DNA of 64,000 bases. Origin: an uncultured Acidobacteriota bacterium. Its GTDB lineage: Bacteria > Acidobacteriota > Thermoanaerobaculia > UBA5066. The notes beneath the pieces were generated by a model that saw only the letters and a list, made by a program, of their open reading frames with translations, was not told the origin of the DNA and did no database searches. Position numbers and translations under genes: made by a program. Below, piece by piece: positions 1 through 9,542 of this stretch. Within the stretch, counting starts at the first letter, position 1; every line of letters begins with the position of its first letter. The stretch is taken from assembly GCA_963779415.1 (NCBI GenBank), contig CAVZYA010000001.1, positions 352,001 through 416,000 of the forward strand, read 5' to 3'.

Positions 1-1
1 G

Positions 2-2140
2 CTCCGGGAAGACGTCCGCCAGGTCGGGCAGCTCCGGATCGCCGTCTCCGGCCCGTCCGGCGACGCGCTCGTGCCGATCGCCGACCTCGTCAAGGCGGAG
101 CGGACCGTCTCTCCTTCGGAGATCAGCCGGCAGGACCTCTCCCGACAGGTCGTCCTTTCGGGGAACCTCGACCGTCTCCCTCTCGGCACGGCGGCGGAGA
201 CGGCCCTCCGGGAGGCCGCGAAGATCCCGATGTCGCCCGGCTACCGCGTCGTCATGTCGGGCGACACGGAGATCATGGAAGAGTCGTTCGGCTACCTCGC
301 CGAGGCGCTCGTCCTCGCCATCGTCTTCGTCTACCTGATCCTCGCGGCGCAGTTCGAGTCGTTCATCGACCCGCTCGCCATCATGCTGTCGCTCCCGCTC
401 TCGATCGTCGGGATGGCCGGGATGCTCGTCCTGACGCGCGACACCGTCAGCATCATGTCGCTCATCGGGCTCATTCTCCTGATGGGGCTCGTCACGAAGA
501 ACGCGATCCTCCTCGTCGACTACACGAAGGTCCTGAGACGGCGGGGAATGGACCGCCGGAGCGCGCTGATCACGGCCGGCCGGACGCGGCTCCGTCCGAT
601 CCTGATGACGACCCTCGCGATGATCTTCGGGATGCTGCCGCTGGCCCTCGCGATCGGGCAGGGGGCGGAGATGCGGGCGCCGATGGCGCGAGCGGTCATC
701 GGCGGGCTCGTCACGTCGACCCTCCTGACGCTCGTCGTCGTGCCGGTCGTCTACACCCTCCTCGACGACTTCGCCGAGTGGCTCCACAGGCGCTGGTCGA
801 AGGCGAATGCCCTCGCCGCGGACTCGACGGGCCCCGTACCGGCTCTCCCGCCCGTCGCCAGGTCTATCGTTCTTCTGGCCCTCCTTCTCCCGTCGCTCGC
901 CGCGCGCGCGGAGAGTCCCGTGGTCCCGATCACCCTCGACGAGGCGGTGCGGCTCGTGCAGGAGAAGAACCGGGACATCCAGAAGGCGAGGGCGTACCAG
1001 GAGTGGGTGCGCGGGAAGTACGTCGAGGAGCGCGCCGCGGCCCTCCCGAGCCTCGCGCTCCTCGGCGGCGGCGTCCGTTCCTGGGACGAGAGCTACCGGG
1101 TCATCTTCGGCGACTTCTACCCTCCGGGCCAGAACCTCGCGACCGCCGACGTGAACCTGACGCAGGCGCTCTTCACCTGGGGGCAGGTGGGCGCGGGGAT
1201 CCGGGCCGCGAAGCGAGGGATGGCCGCCGCGGACGAGCAGCTCGACTCGGCCCGGCAGGCGGCGATCCGGGACGTCACGGCCGCGTTCTACGACGTCCTT
1301 CTGGCCCGCCGGATCGAGAAGATCGCCCGCGAAAACCTCGCCCAGCGGGAGCGGCATCTTGCCGAGGCGAGAAACCGGCAGCTCCTCGGAACGGCGACCG
1401 ACTACGACGTCCTGGCGGCCGAGGTCGCCGTGGAAAACGCCCGCCCGGCGGTCATCAGGTCCGTGAACCTCGTCCTGACGGCCCGCGAGAGGCTCCGCCT
1501 CGTCCTCGCGGACGAGCGCCGCGAGCTGGACGCCGAGGGAACGCTCGACACGGAGGTCACGGACCCGCCGCCTTACGAGGACGCCCTCCGGACTGCGATC
1601 GAGCGAAGGCCCGACCTGAAGGCCCTCCGGCAGCGGGTCGAGGTCTTCCGCGAGTTCGTGAAGATCCAGGCCGCGGGGAACAAGCCGCGCCTCGACCTCC
1701 GAGCCGGTGCGGGCTGGAAGTGGCTCGATGCGAGCGGGCTGACCGGAGACGGCAAGACCTGGAACGCCGGCCTCTACATGTCGTTCCCCTTCTTCGACGG
1801 CCTCGCGACGCAGGGAAAGGTGATCGAGGCGAAGAGCGACGTCTCGACGTCGCAGATCGACCTCGCCAAGGCCGAGGACGGCGTCCGTCTCGAAGTCCGG
1901 ACGGCCGTCGACTCGGTCCGCGAGAGCGCGCTCATCGTCCGCGCGCTGACCGGAACGGTGAGCCAGGCGCGGCGGCTCCTTCAGATGTCCGAGAAGGGAT
2001 TCGAATTCGGCGTGAAGACCCGGCTGGAGGTGGACGACGCGCAGCTGGCGGTCGTCCAGGCCGAGGGGAACCTCGCGACCGCCACGCGCGATCACCTCGT
2101 GGCGTGGGTGACGCTCCGGTACGTACAGGGCCTGCTCTGA
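2..2140 (+). CDS. RND efflux permease (AcrB/AcrD/AcrF family) C-terminal part fused in frame to a TolC-family outer membrane factor; 5'-truncated by window edge
   Basis: AcrB C-terminal motifs (LAAQFES, GLVTKNAILLVD, RLRPILMT, GGLVTSTLLTL) followed without a stop by an OEP/TolC-like domain (TLDEAVRLVQEKNRDI, QALFTWG, PFFDG). Confidence 0.9.
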   Translation, partial: LREDVRQVGQLRIAVSGPSGDALVPIADLVKAERTVSPSEISRQDLSRQVVLSGNLDRLPLGTAAETALREAAKIPMSPGYRVVMSGDTEIMEESFGYLAEALVLAIVFVYLILAAQFESFIDPLAIMLSLPLSIVGMAGMLVLTRDTVSIMSLIGLILLMGLVTKNAILLVDYTKVLRRRGMDRRSALITAGRTRLRPILMTTLAMIFGMLPLALAIGQGAEMRAPMARAVIGGLVTSTLLTLVVVPVVYTLLDDFAEWLHRRWSKANALAADSTGPVPALPPVARSIVLLALLLPSLAARAESPVVPITLDEAVRLVQEKNRDIQKARAYQEWVRGKYVEERAAALPSLALLGGGVRSWDESYRVIFGDFYPPGQNLATADVNLTQALFTWGQVGAGIRAAKRGMAAADEQLDSARQAAIRDVTAAFYDVLLARRIEKIARENLAQRERHLAEARNRQLLGTATDYDVLAAEVAVENARPAVIRSVNLVLTARERLRLVLADERRELDAEGTLDTEVTDPPPYEDALRTAIERRPDLKALRQRVEVFREFVKIQAAGNKPRLDLRAGAGWKWLDASGLTGDGKTWNAGLYMSFPFFDGLATQGKVIEAKSDVSTSQIDLAKAEDGVRLEVRTAVDSVRESALIVRALTGTVSQARRLLQMSEKGFEFGVKTRLEVDDAQLAVVQAEGNLATATRDHLVAWVTLRYVQGLL

Positions 2141-2273
2141 CCGGATCCGGGGTCTCGTGAGGGGGGTTCGCCGATGCAATTCGAGACAGGACCCGTTCGT
2201 GATTAAATGAGAAGTTACGGCGAGCGTCTCCCCCGGCCTCCCGGGGCGCCGGACACGCCGACGGACGAGCCGA

Positions 2274-3698
2274 ATGAGCGAGTCGAATTCGAAACCGGAA
2301 GAGACACCCCGGCTCGCCGACGAGACGCGGTGGTACACGGAGCACACGGCGCTTCTCATCAGCACGCTGAAGTGGTCGTTCCTGGGCGCCGCCGCCGGGC
2401 TCTGCGTCGGGTTCGGAACTCGCTTCTTTCTCTGGTGCCTCCGGGAATCCACGCTGCAGGTACGCCGGCTCGGCGACGGGTTTCTCTCTCCCTACTGGCT
2501 TCTGCCGGTGGTCTTACCGGCCTGCGTCCTGATCATCAGGCGCTTCGCCCCCGACGCCCGCGGCCATGGGACCGAGGCGGTGATCGCCGCCGTCCACCAG
2601 AGGTCCGGAAAGGTCGACTGGGCGGTCGCGCCGGTGAAGCTGCTCGCGACGATCATGACCCTCGCGTTCGGCGGCTCGGTCGGAAAGGAAGGCCCATGCG
2701 CCCAGATCGGGGCCTCCATCACGAGCCTTTTCGCCGACATCCTCCGTTTGAGGGACGAGGACCGCCGCCGCCTCGTGATCTGCGGGATCGGGGCGGGGTT
2801 CTCCGCCGTTTTCGGGACTCCCATCTCCGGGGCCCTCTTCGGCATCGAGGTCCTCTACCTCGGACGGATCGAGTACGCCGTCCTTTTCCCGTGCCTCGTT
2901 TCGGGGATCGTCGCGCACCTCGTCTGCGGCGTGACGCCGCCGGTCGCCGCCATTCACGCGAGCCTCGGGGCGTTCGGCCGGATCGAGATCGTCCTCCTCT
3001 CGATTCTCTTCGGTGCCTTTTTCGGCCTCGTCGCGCTCCTCCTGATCGAGTCGATGCGGGGCGTCGAGCGGGAGCTTCGCCGTTTCGAGCGCTATCCTTA
3101 TCTCGTTGCAGCGTGCGGTGGCCTCGGGCTCGCCGTCCTCTACCACTTCGCCGGCAGCGTCTATTCGGGACTCGGCGTCGAAACGATCGAAGGGACCCTG
3201 GCCGGAACGGCGAAGATCGCCTTCCTCGCGTTCCTTTTCAAGATCGTCGCCACGTCGGTGACCCTGGAGACCGGCGGGAGCGGAGGGATCGTCACCCCCC
3301 TCTTCTTCATCGGCGTGACGAGCGGTGCCGCGCTGGCCCGCCTGATGCACCTTCCTACGGAAATCTTCGCGGGCTTTGGTTTCGTGAGCGTCCTCGCCGC
3401 CGCCGCGAACACGCCCATCGCCGCCGCGGTGATGGGGATCGAGCTTCTCCCCTCGCCGATCGGGGTCTACGCGGCGCTCTCGGCGGGAACGGCTTTTCTC
3501 ATCGTCGGGCACCGGAGCGTCTACGCCAGCCAGAAGATCGGCCTCTCGAAGTCGGCGGGCCTGGAACTCGAGCTCGGCCAGCCTGTGGGAGAGCTTTCCC
3601 GCGGCGATCTCCACCTTCGTCCGGGGAGTCTCGCGGATCGTTTTCAGAAGTTCGGAAGCCGACGTCAAGAAAAAGAGCCTTCGAAGCGAGAGCCCTGA
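2274..3698 (+). CDS. CLC family chloride/anion channel protein
   Basis: GHGTE, GGSVGKEGP, FGTPISGALFGIEV, GGSGGIVTP, AANTPI motifs; multiple TM helices. Confidence 0.9.
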   Translation: MSESNSKPEETPRLADETRWYTEHTALLISTLKWSFLGAAAGLCVGFGTRFFLWCLRESTLQVRRLGDGFLSPYWLLPVVLPACVLIIRRFAPDARGHGTEAVIAAVHQRSGKVDWAVAPVKLLATIMTLAFGGSVGKEGPCAQIGASITSLFADILRLRDEDRRRLVICGIGAGFSAVFGTPISGALFGIEVLYLGRIEYAVLFPCLVSGIVAHLVCGVTPPVAAIHASLGAFGRIEIVLLSILFGAFFGLVALLLIESMRGVERELRRFERYPYLVAACGGLGLAVLYHFAGSVYSGLGVETIEGTLAGTAKIAFLAFLFKIVATSVTLETGGSGGIVTPLFFIGVTSGAALARLMHLPTEIFAGFGFVSVLAAAANTPIAAAVMGIELLPSPIGVYAALSAGTAFLIVGHRSVYASQKIGLSKSAGLELELGQPVGELSRGDLHLRPGSLADRFQKFGSRRQEKEPSKREP

Positions 3699-3756
3699 CT
3701 TTCAGGCGCCTGCGGAAGAAGGCCCACCTGCCGGAACGCCTCTAGAATCCGTCGCC

Positions 3757-4842
3757 ATGGTCGCTCATCGCAGATCGTTTCCGGCTCTCCTCCTCGCCCT
3801 CGGACTCCTCGCGCCACTTACCGCTTTCGGATCGCCGCCGGCCGCGGCCACGCGGTGGCCGGAGACGGTCGAAGCGGGGGAGGCGACGTTCACACTCCAC
3901 CAGCTCCAGGTCGACCTCTACTCGGGCGCCGGGCTGGAAGGGCGCGCCGCCGTGACGGTTCGGCGGAAAGGGGAGAAGGAGCCGAACTACGGCGTCGTCT
4001 TCTTCCGGGCCCGGACGGCGGTCGACGGGGCGACCCTCGATCTGGAAGGGCTCGAGATCACCAAGGGGAGCTTTCCGTGGGAGCGGGACGGAGGGGCCGC
4101 GCTTCTCGCGCTCCTTCGCCCGGCCGCGCCTCATACGGCGACTCTGCCCCTCGTCTCGGTGACAGCGAGCCCGGCGGTCGCTCTCTCGGCGCGCGCCATG
4201 CCGGCGCCTCCCCCGAAGCCCCGGCCGCGCGTCTTCCCGTCGTCGGGGCCGGCGATCCTCGTCCTCGTGGACGGCGACTACGTCATCCGGCCGGTTCCCG
4301 ACTCGAAGGTCCTCCGGGTGGTCAACACCCGGTCTCTTCTCCTCCAGGATCCCGCGACGAGCCGCTTCTACCTCCCGATGGGGAGCGAGTGGCTGGTGGC
4401 CCCGGCTCCGAACGCGAAGTGGAGCGTCGCGAGGAAGGTCCCGGCCGGCTTCGACGCCGTCCGGAAAGCCGCGGCTTCCGAGGCCGGCGTGGAGACCTAC
4501 AGCCATCCGGGCGAGGCGATCACCGGCCTCCTCAGGGCCGGGAAGGCCCCCGCGGTCTTCGTCTCGACGACGCCGGCCGTGCTCGGGGGAAAAGGCGAAA
4601 AGTCCGCGTCCTCTCCTGTGCGAGAGGCCTCCGGTTCCGCTCCGGCGCGCCCCGGAGACATCTATGCGGGTCCGGATGGAAATGCTTACCGGCCGGCCGG
4701 TTCGGGGCGGTGGGAGAAGACGAACGGCCGCGACTGGTATCCGGTCGCGGTGGCGCACGGAAAGGGGATCCCGAAGGCCTCGGGACTCGACCTCGTCGGC
4801 CGCCTCGACGCCGAGCGCCGGGCGCGCGACGCCGGACGCTGA
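3757..4842 (+). CDS. Secreted hypothetical protein
   Basis: N-terminal signal peptide (RRSFPALLLALGLLAPLTAFG); GC3-rich codon usage; TAGAAT box 8 nt upstream of ATG. Confidence 0.6.
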   Translation: MVAHRRSFPALLLALGLLAPLTAFGSPPAAATRWPETVEAGEATFTLHQLQVDLYSGAGLEGRAAVTVRRKGEKEPNYGVVFFRARTAVDGATLDLEGLEITKGSFPWERDGGAALLALLRPAAPHTATLPLVSVTASPAVALSARAMPAPPPKPRPRVFPSSGPAILVLVDGDYVIRPVPDSKVLRVVNTRSLLLQDPATSRFYLPMGSEWLVAPAPNAKWSVARKVPAGFDAVRKAAASEAGVETYSHPGEAITGLLRAGKAPAVFVSTTPAVLGGKGEKSASSPVREASGSAPARPGDIYAGPDGNAYRPAGSGRWEKTNGRDWYPVAVAHGKGIPKASGLDLVGRLDAERRARDAGR

Positions 4843-4912
4843 GGCCCGGTCCGGAACTCTCCGGGTTCATTTTTCGGCCATTGGGGTCAAAATAGGCGCG
4901 GAGCCAACAGTC

Positions 4913-6304
4913 GTGGAAGGGCCGAAGACGCATGACCGGTTCAACGCCGAGCGGATCCGGAAGTCCGTCGGCGTGGACGATTTCGTCCAGATCCTCGAGG
5001 CGCTCGGGGCTTCGGTGGACCGCGAGGCCCGCCACTCCACCTGCCCGGTCCACAAGGGAACGGGCCGTGACGCCGTTCACTACGAGGAGCGGGAGGGAAT
5101 CGTTCACTACCGCTGCGTCACGGGATGCGGCGGGCAGGGAGGCGACGTTCTGACTCTCGTCCAGCGCTCGCTCGGCGTCACGCTTCCGCTCGCGGCGACG
5201 TGGCTGAAGGACACGTGCGGGATCCCGAAGGAGCGCCGGAGAAAGGACCGCCGCTCGGGCTGGGCTCCTCTGGTCTCTGCCGGAGAGGCCTCCGCCGCCG
5301 CGGAGCCGGCCTCCGTCCCGCGTCCCGTCTCCGGCATCGCGGCTCTGCCGCGCAATCCGGCTCTCGAATGGGAACGCGGCCTCGCCGAGTGGCGCTCCGC
5401 GTTCGAGAGGCGCCCCATCTCGACCGGCCTGCGCTCGATCGACGAGCTTCTGGGCGGGGGCCTCCGGGAGCGGCGGGTCTTCGTTCTCGCGGGGTCACCG
5501 GGCTCGGGGCGGACCTCCCTCGCTCTCCGGATCGCGCACGCCGCCGCGTCGGCGGGCTGTCCGGTCCTCTACGTGTCGTACGAGTGCGAGGACGTGGAGC
5601 TGCGCGCACGGCTCGTCGCCTCGGTCGTCAAGACTCCTTACGGACAGATGCTCGCGCCGGAAGGGCTCCTGCAGGTGGAGCGGGAGCAGGTCGCGTCGGC
5701 GTGGAAGCGGTACGCCGAAGGCGGGCCCGGGGCGAGGATGCTCATCACGGTGCCCGGGGCGCGCGACGTCGGCGAGCCGGGGCACCCGGCGGGGTCGATG
5801 ACGTGGCTCCGGGCCGAGGCCGAGAGGCGGGGACGCGATTTCGGCCGTCCACCGCTCGTCATCGTGGACGACCTGAAGGGGGCGGTCGCCTTCTCGGAGG
5901 ACGTGGATCCCTACCACGGAGGGCTCGAGTTCGCCGCGACGCGGACGAGCCTCGCCCTCCGTCTCGTGGCGCGGAGCGCGGGGAGCCCCGTCCTGATTCT
6001 CGCGGGGATCGCGCCGAACTCGATTCTCGGACCGCACGATCCGTGGCGTCTCCCGGAGCTTCCGGACATCGAGAACGTCTCGGGGCTCGGAGCCAATGCC
6101 GACGCGGTCCTCACCCTCTGGCCGGACGGGGAGGACTGGGAGACGTTCGAAGGGAAAGGGATCGCGCGCGACGCCACGTCGCGCCGCCCGGTCGTCGTGA
6201 GGGCCGTCAAGGGGCGGCAGAACGGCTCCGGCCTCGCGCGGCTCGTCTGGTACCCCGTCGTCGGCACGTTCGAGGATGTCGCCAGAACGCCCGTGCACGC
6301 CTGA
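4913..6304 (+). CDS. CHC2 (primase-type) zinc finger fused to DnaB/RecA-like ATPase domain
   Basis: CPVH...CVTGCGGQGGD zinc ribbon; ISTGLRSIDELLGGG, Walker A-like GSPGSGRT, LVIVDD, ADAVL, KGR; GTG start at 4913 preceded by GGAG. Confidence 0.75.
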   Translation: MEGPKTHDRFNAERIRKSVGVDDFVQILEALGASVDREARHSTCPVHKGTGRDAVHYEEREGIVHYRCVTGCGGQGGDVLTLVQRSLGVTLPLAATWLKDTCGIPKERRRKDRRSGWAPLVSAGEASAAAEPASVPRPVSGIAALPRNPALEWERGLAEWRSAFERRPISTGLRSIDELLGGGLRERRVFVLAGSPGSGRTSLALRIAHAAASAGCPVLYVSYECEDVELRARLVASVVKTPYGQMLAPEGLLQVEREQVASAWKRYAEGGPGARMLITVPGARDVGEPGHPAGSMTWLRAEAERRGRDFGRPPLVIVDDLKGAVAFSEDVDPYHGGLEFAATRTSLALRLVARSAGSPVLILAGIAPNSILGPHDPWRLPELPDIENVSGLGANADAVLTLWPDGEDWETFEGKGIARDATSRRPVVVRAVKGRQNGSGLARLVWYPVVGTFEDVARTPVHA

Positions 6305-6349
6305 GGCGCCGGCCGCCGGAAGCGCCGCTTCGGTATCATCCGGCCGCCG

Positions 6350-6799
6350 ATGATTCCCGCCCCGGGGACGGCCGGCGCCGAGCCCGTCGTCCGCATCACC
6401 ACGAGCGCCCACTTCAGCGCCGCCCACCGCCTTCACAACGAGGCGCGCGACGCGGAGTGGAACCGCGCGGTCTTCGGGAAGTGCAACAACCCGTTCAGCC
6501 ACGGGCACACCTACGGGCTGGAGGTGACGGTGGAGGGACCGGTCGACCCGGAGAAGGGATGGGTCCTCGACTTCGCGGTGCTCCGGCGGATCGTCGCGGA
6601 GAAGATCGTCCGCCGGTGCGATCTGAAGAACCTCAACACGGACGTCCCGTTCCTCTCCGGCGTCAACCCGACGGCCGAGAACATCGCGGTGAGGATCTGG
6701 GAGGAGCTCAAGCGGGAGGTCGCTCCGGCGCGCCTCGCCCGGATCGTCCTTCACGAGACCGAACGAAACAAGGTCGTCTATACGGGGCCGGAATCGTGA
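6350..6799 (+). CDS. queD: 6-carboxytetrahydropterin synthase / PTPS
   Basis: FSAAHRL, CNNPFSHGHTY, PTAENIA, LHETE motifs. Confidence 0.9.
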   Translation: MIPAPGTAGAEPVVRITTSAHFSAAHRLHNEARDAEWNRAVFGKCNNPFSHGHTYGLEVTVEGPVDPEKGWVLDFAVLRRIVAEKIVRRCDLKNLNTDVPFLSGVNPTAENIAVRIWEELKREVAPARLARIVLHETERNKVVYTGPES

Positions 6800-6803
6800 C
6801 GAC

Positions 6804-7580
6804 GTGCGCGTCCTGATCTCGAACGACGACGGGGTGCACAGCCCGGGCCTCGCCGCGCTGGAAGGGGCGGCGCGAGCGATGGGCTTCGAGACCTTCGTCG
6901 TCGCGCCCGACCGCGAGCAGAGCGCCTCGTCCCATGCCCTGACGATGCACCGGCCTCTCCGGGTGAGGACGCTCTCGGAACGCTCGTGGGCCGTGGACGG
7001 GACGCCGACGGACTGCGTGAACCTCGCCCTCTGCAGCATCCTGAAGGCGAACCCTCCCGACCTCGTTCTGGCGGGGATCAACGCCGGTCCGAACCTCGGG
7101 GACGACGTGACGTACTCCGGAACGGTGGCGTGCGCCTTCGAGGGGACGCTTCTCGGCGTGCCGTCCATCGCCTTCTCGCTCGACACATGGCAGGACCGGG
7201 CGCGGGGCGAGCCCGACTTCGCGGCGACGGAGCCGGCGGTCCGGGCCATTCTCTCTCTCGCCCTCGAGAAGCCCCCGTCGGGCGACACGCTCTGGAACGT
7301 CAACCTCCCTCCGGGAACGCCGAAGGGATACCGCGTGACGCGAATGGGCCGGCGGCGATACGGCGAGAACATCGTCGAGAAGATCGATCCGCGGGGCCGC
7401 CCCTACTTCTGGATCGGCGGCGCTCACATCGACACGCACGCCGACGGGACCGACCTGACCGCCGTGTCGAAGGGATGGGTCTCGATCACGCCGCTTCACC
7501 TCGACCTGACGGATTACCGTGCGCTCGAGGAGCTGGAGCGGCGCTTTCGCGCCCTCCCGGCGCCGGAACCGTCACGATAG
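6804..7580 (+). CDS. surE: 5'/3'-nucleotidase SurE
   Basis: ISNDDG, GTPTDCV, GINAGPNLG, YSGTV motifs. Confidence 0.95.
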   Translation: MRVLISNDDGVHSPGLAALEGAARAMGFETFVVAPDREQSASSHALTMHRPLRVRTLSERSWAVDGTPTDCVNLALCSILKANPPDLVLAGINAGPNLGDDVTYSGTVACAFEGTLLGVPSIAFSLDTWQDRARGEPDFAATEPAVRAILSLALEKPPSGDTLWNVNLPPGTPKGYRVTRMGRRRYGENIVEKIDPRGRPYFWIGGAHIDTHADGTDLTAVSKGWVSITPLHLDLTDYRALEELERRFRALPAPEPSR

Positions 7581-7590
7581 AATTCCCCGC

Positions 7591-8298
7591 GTGAAGCCTG
7601 CGGATCCCGGGACGCGGCGCGCCGCCGAGGGCGCGCTCGCGCGCCACGCGATGGTTTCGCGGCTACATTCGGCGGGGGTCGTGACGGACCCCCGGGTCGT
7701 CGCCGCCCTCGAGGCCGTGCCGCGGCACCTCTTCGTCCCGAAGCCTCTGGCGGGCGAGGCCTACGGCGACCACGCGCTCCCGATCGGCCATGGCCAGACG
7801 ATCACGCAGGCGGCGAACGTGGCCCGGTCGGTGGAGCTTCTCGCCCTCGCGCCGGCCGCGAGGGTCCTCGAGATCGGCACGGGATCGGGCTACCAGACGG
7901 CCGTCCTCGCCATGCTCTGCCACCATGTCTTCTCTCTGGAGCGGATTCCGGAGCTGGCGGCGACAGCGCGCGAGCGCCTCGGATCGCTCGGCATCCGGAA
8001 CGTCTCGATCCGCGTCTTCGACGGCTCGTACGGCTGGAGCGACCACGCTCCTTACGATGGAATCGTCGTCGCGGCCGCCGCTCCCGAGGTGCCGGAGCCT
8101 CTCGTGACACAGCTGAAGTCGGGGGGGCGTCTCGTCGTCCCGGTCGGAAGCGCGGTGCGCCAGCGCCTTCTCGTCGTGAGCCGGCTTCCCAGCGGCCGCA
8201 CGAGGCGTGAGGACGCGGGAGAGGTCGCTTTCGTCCCCCTCGTCGGGCGCTTCGGCTTCGCGTCCCCCGCCGCGAAAGTGGGGCCGGCCGGTGGCTGA
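7591..8298 (+). CDS. pcm: Protein-L-isoaspartate O-methyltransferase
   Basis: [27 protein letters not shown]; follows surE. Confidence 0.93.
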   Translation: MKPADPGTRRAAEGALARHAMVSRLHSAGVVTDPRVVAALEAVPRHLFVPKPLAGEAYGDHALPIGHGQTITQAANVARSVELLALAPAARVLEIGTGSGYQTAVLAMLCHHVFSLERIPELAATARERLGSLGIRNVSIRVFDGSYGWSDHAPYDGIVVAAAAPEVPEPLVTQLKSGGRLVVPVGSAVRQRLLVVSRLPSGRTRREDAGEVAFVPLVGRFGFASPAAKVGPAGG

Positions 8299-8593
8299 CG
8301 AGGAGACGGGGGGCTGGACGATCGTCCGGAGGCGATACGTCGTCTCCGGCCGGGTGCAGGGGGTCGGATACCGGGCGTTCGCGGCGCGGGCGGCGCGGGG
8401 GCTGCGCCTCTCCGGCGGTGCGCTGAACCTCGAGGACGGACGGGTCGAGGTGGTGGCCGAGGGCCCCGCTCACGCTCTCGACCGGCTCGAGTCGGTGCTC
8501 GCCGAAGGGCCCCGGTTCTCGCGCGTCGACGGTGTCGCCGTCGAACCGGTCGCCAAAGGCGAAGGGACTCCGGCGTTCGACGTCGACTTCTGA
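8291..8593 (+). CDS. acyP: Acylphosphatase
   Basis: [11 protein letters not shown] and NLEDGRVEV signatures; GTG overlaps pcm end. Confidence 0.9.
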   Translation: MADEETGGWTIVRRRYVVSGRVQGVGYRAFAARAARGLRLSGGALNLEDGRVEVVAEGPAHALDRLESVLAEGPRFSRVDGVAVEPVAKGEGTPAFDVDF

Positions 8594-8606
8594 AGGAGCC
8601 GGCGCG

Positions 8607-9542
8607 TCACGTGCCGCGCGGGGACGCCCGGCCGGCGGGCCTCGAGAACGCCGTGGCGGTCGCGAGCGCGACCCCCGCGAAGATCAGGAGCGCGCCGAGT
8701 CCCGTGCGGGGTCCGGGGCGCTCGCCGAGGACGGCCGCGGCGAGAGCGGCCGCGAAGAGAGGCTGCAGGTAGAAGAAGATCGCCGTCGTGGAGGGCCCCG
8801 TCCGGGCGAGCGCCCACGTGTTGAGCGAGTAAGCGACGACGGTGGGGAAGGCGACGATGGCGGCCAGGGCCGCCCAGCCACCGGCCGTAATCTCCGCCGG
8901 TCGCACGCGTGAAAGGCTCTGGAGCGCGAGGACGAGAATCGGGACGGCTCCCCAGCGAAAGAGCCACGCCGTGACCGCGAGAGGGTGGCGGCGCCGGAGG
9001 ATGCCGCGGGCCGCGACGAGAAAACCGGCGTACGAGAGGCAGTTCAGAACGAGCATCAGGTCGCCCGGTAGCGTCCGGCCGGAGAGGTCGAAACTCTCGA
9101 CGTTCATCAGGACGAGCGCTCCGCAGAGGGCGAGCGGGACCCCGATGAGACGGCGTCTCGAGAGACGGTCGGCCCCCGCGAGGAAGGCGAGCGCGACGGT
9201 GAAGACCGGGATGGTGGCGCTCAGGAGGGCGGCGTTCGTGGCGGTCGACCGGGAGAGTCCCGAGATGAAGAGGACCTGGTTCCCGACGATCCCGAGGAGC
9301 GCGAGGAAGGCCAGCTCGAGGTGCTCGCGCGGGGAGAGAGGCGGCTCCTCCCGGAGCTTCTCCCGCGCGAGCAGGCCGAGAAGGAAGACTCCCGCGAGCA
9401 CACGGACCGCCGCGATGGCGAGCGGAGGGATCTCGCGCATCGCGATCTTCCCGAGGACCGGAAAGGAGCCGAAGCAGAGCTGGACGGCGACGAGCGCGAG
9501 GACGGCCCGGACGTCGGGACGCCCGGGCGGCTCAGGGAGCAA
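8607..9542 (-). CDS. EamA/DMT family transporter
   Basis: About 10 TM helices in two EamA repeats; LQPLFAA..LGE motif. Confidence 0.85.
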   Translation of the reverse strand: MLPEPPGRPDVRAVLALVAVQLCFGSFPVLGKIAMREIPPLAIAAVRVLAGVFLLGLLAREKLREEPPLSPREHLELAFLALLGIVGNQVLFISGLSRSTATNAALLSATIPVFTVALAFLAGADRLSRRRLIGVPLALCGALVLMNVESFDLSGRTLPGDLMLVLNCLSYAGFLVAARGILRRRHPLAVTAWLFRWGAVPILVLALQSLSRVRPAEITAGGWAALAAIVAFPTVVAYSLNTWALARTGPSTTAIFFYLQPLFAAALAAAVLGERPGPRTGLGALLIFAGVALATATAFSRPAGRASPRGT

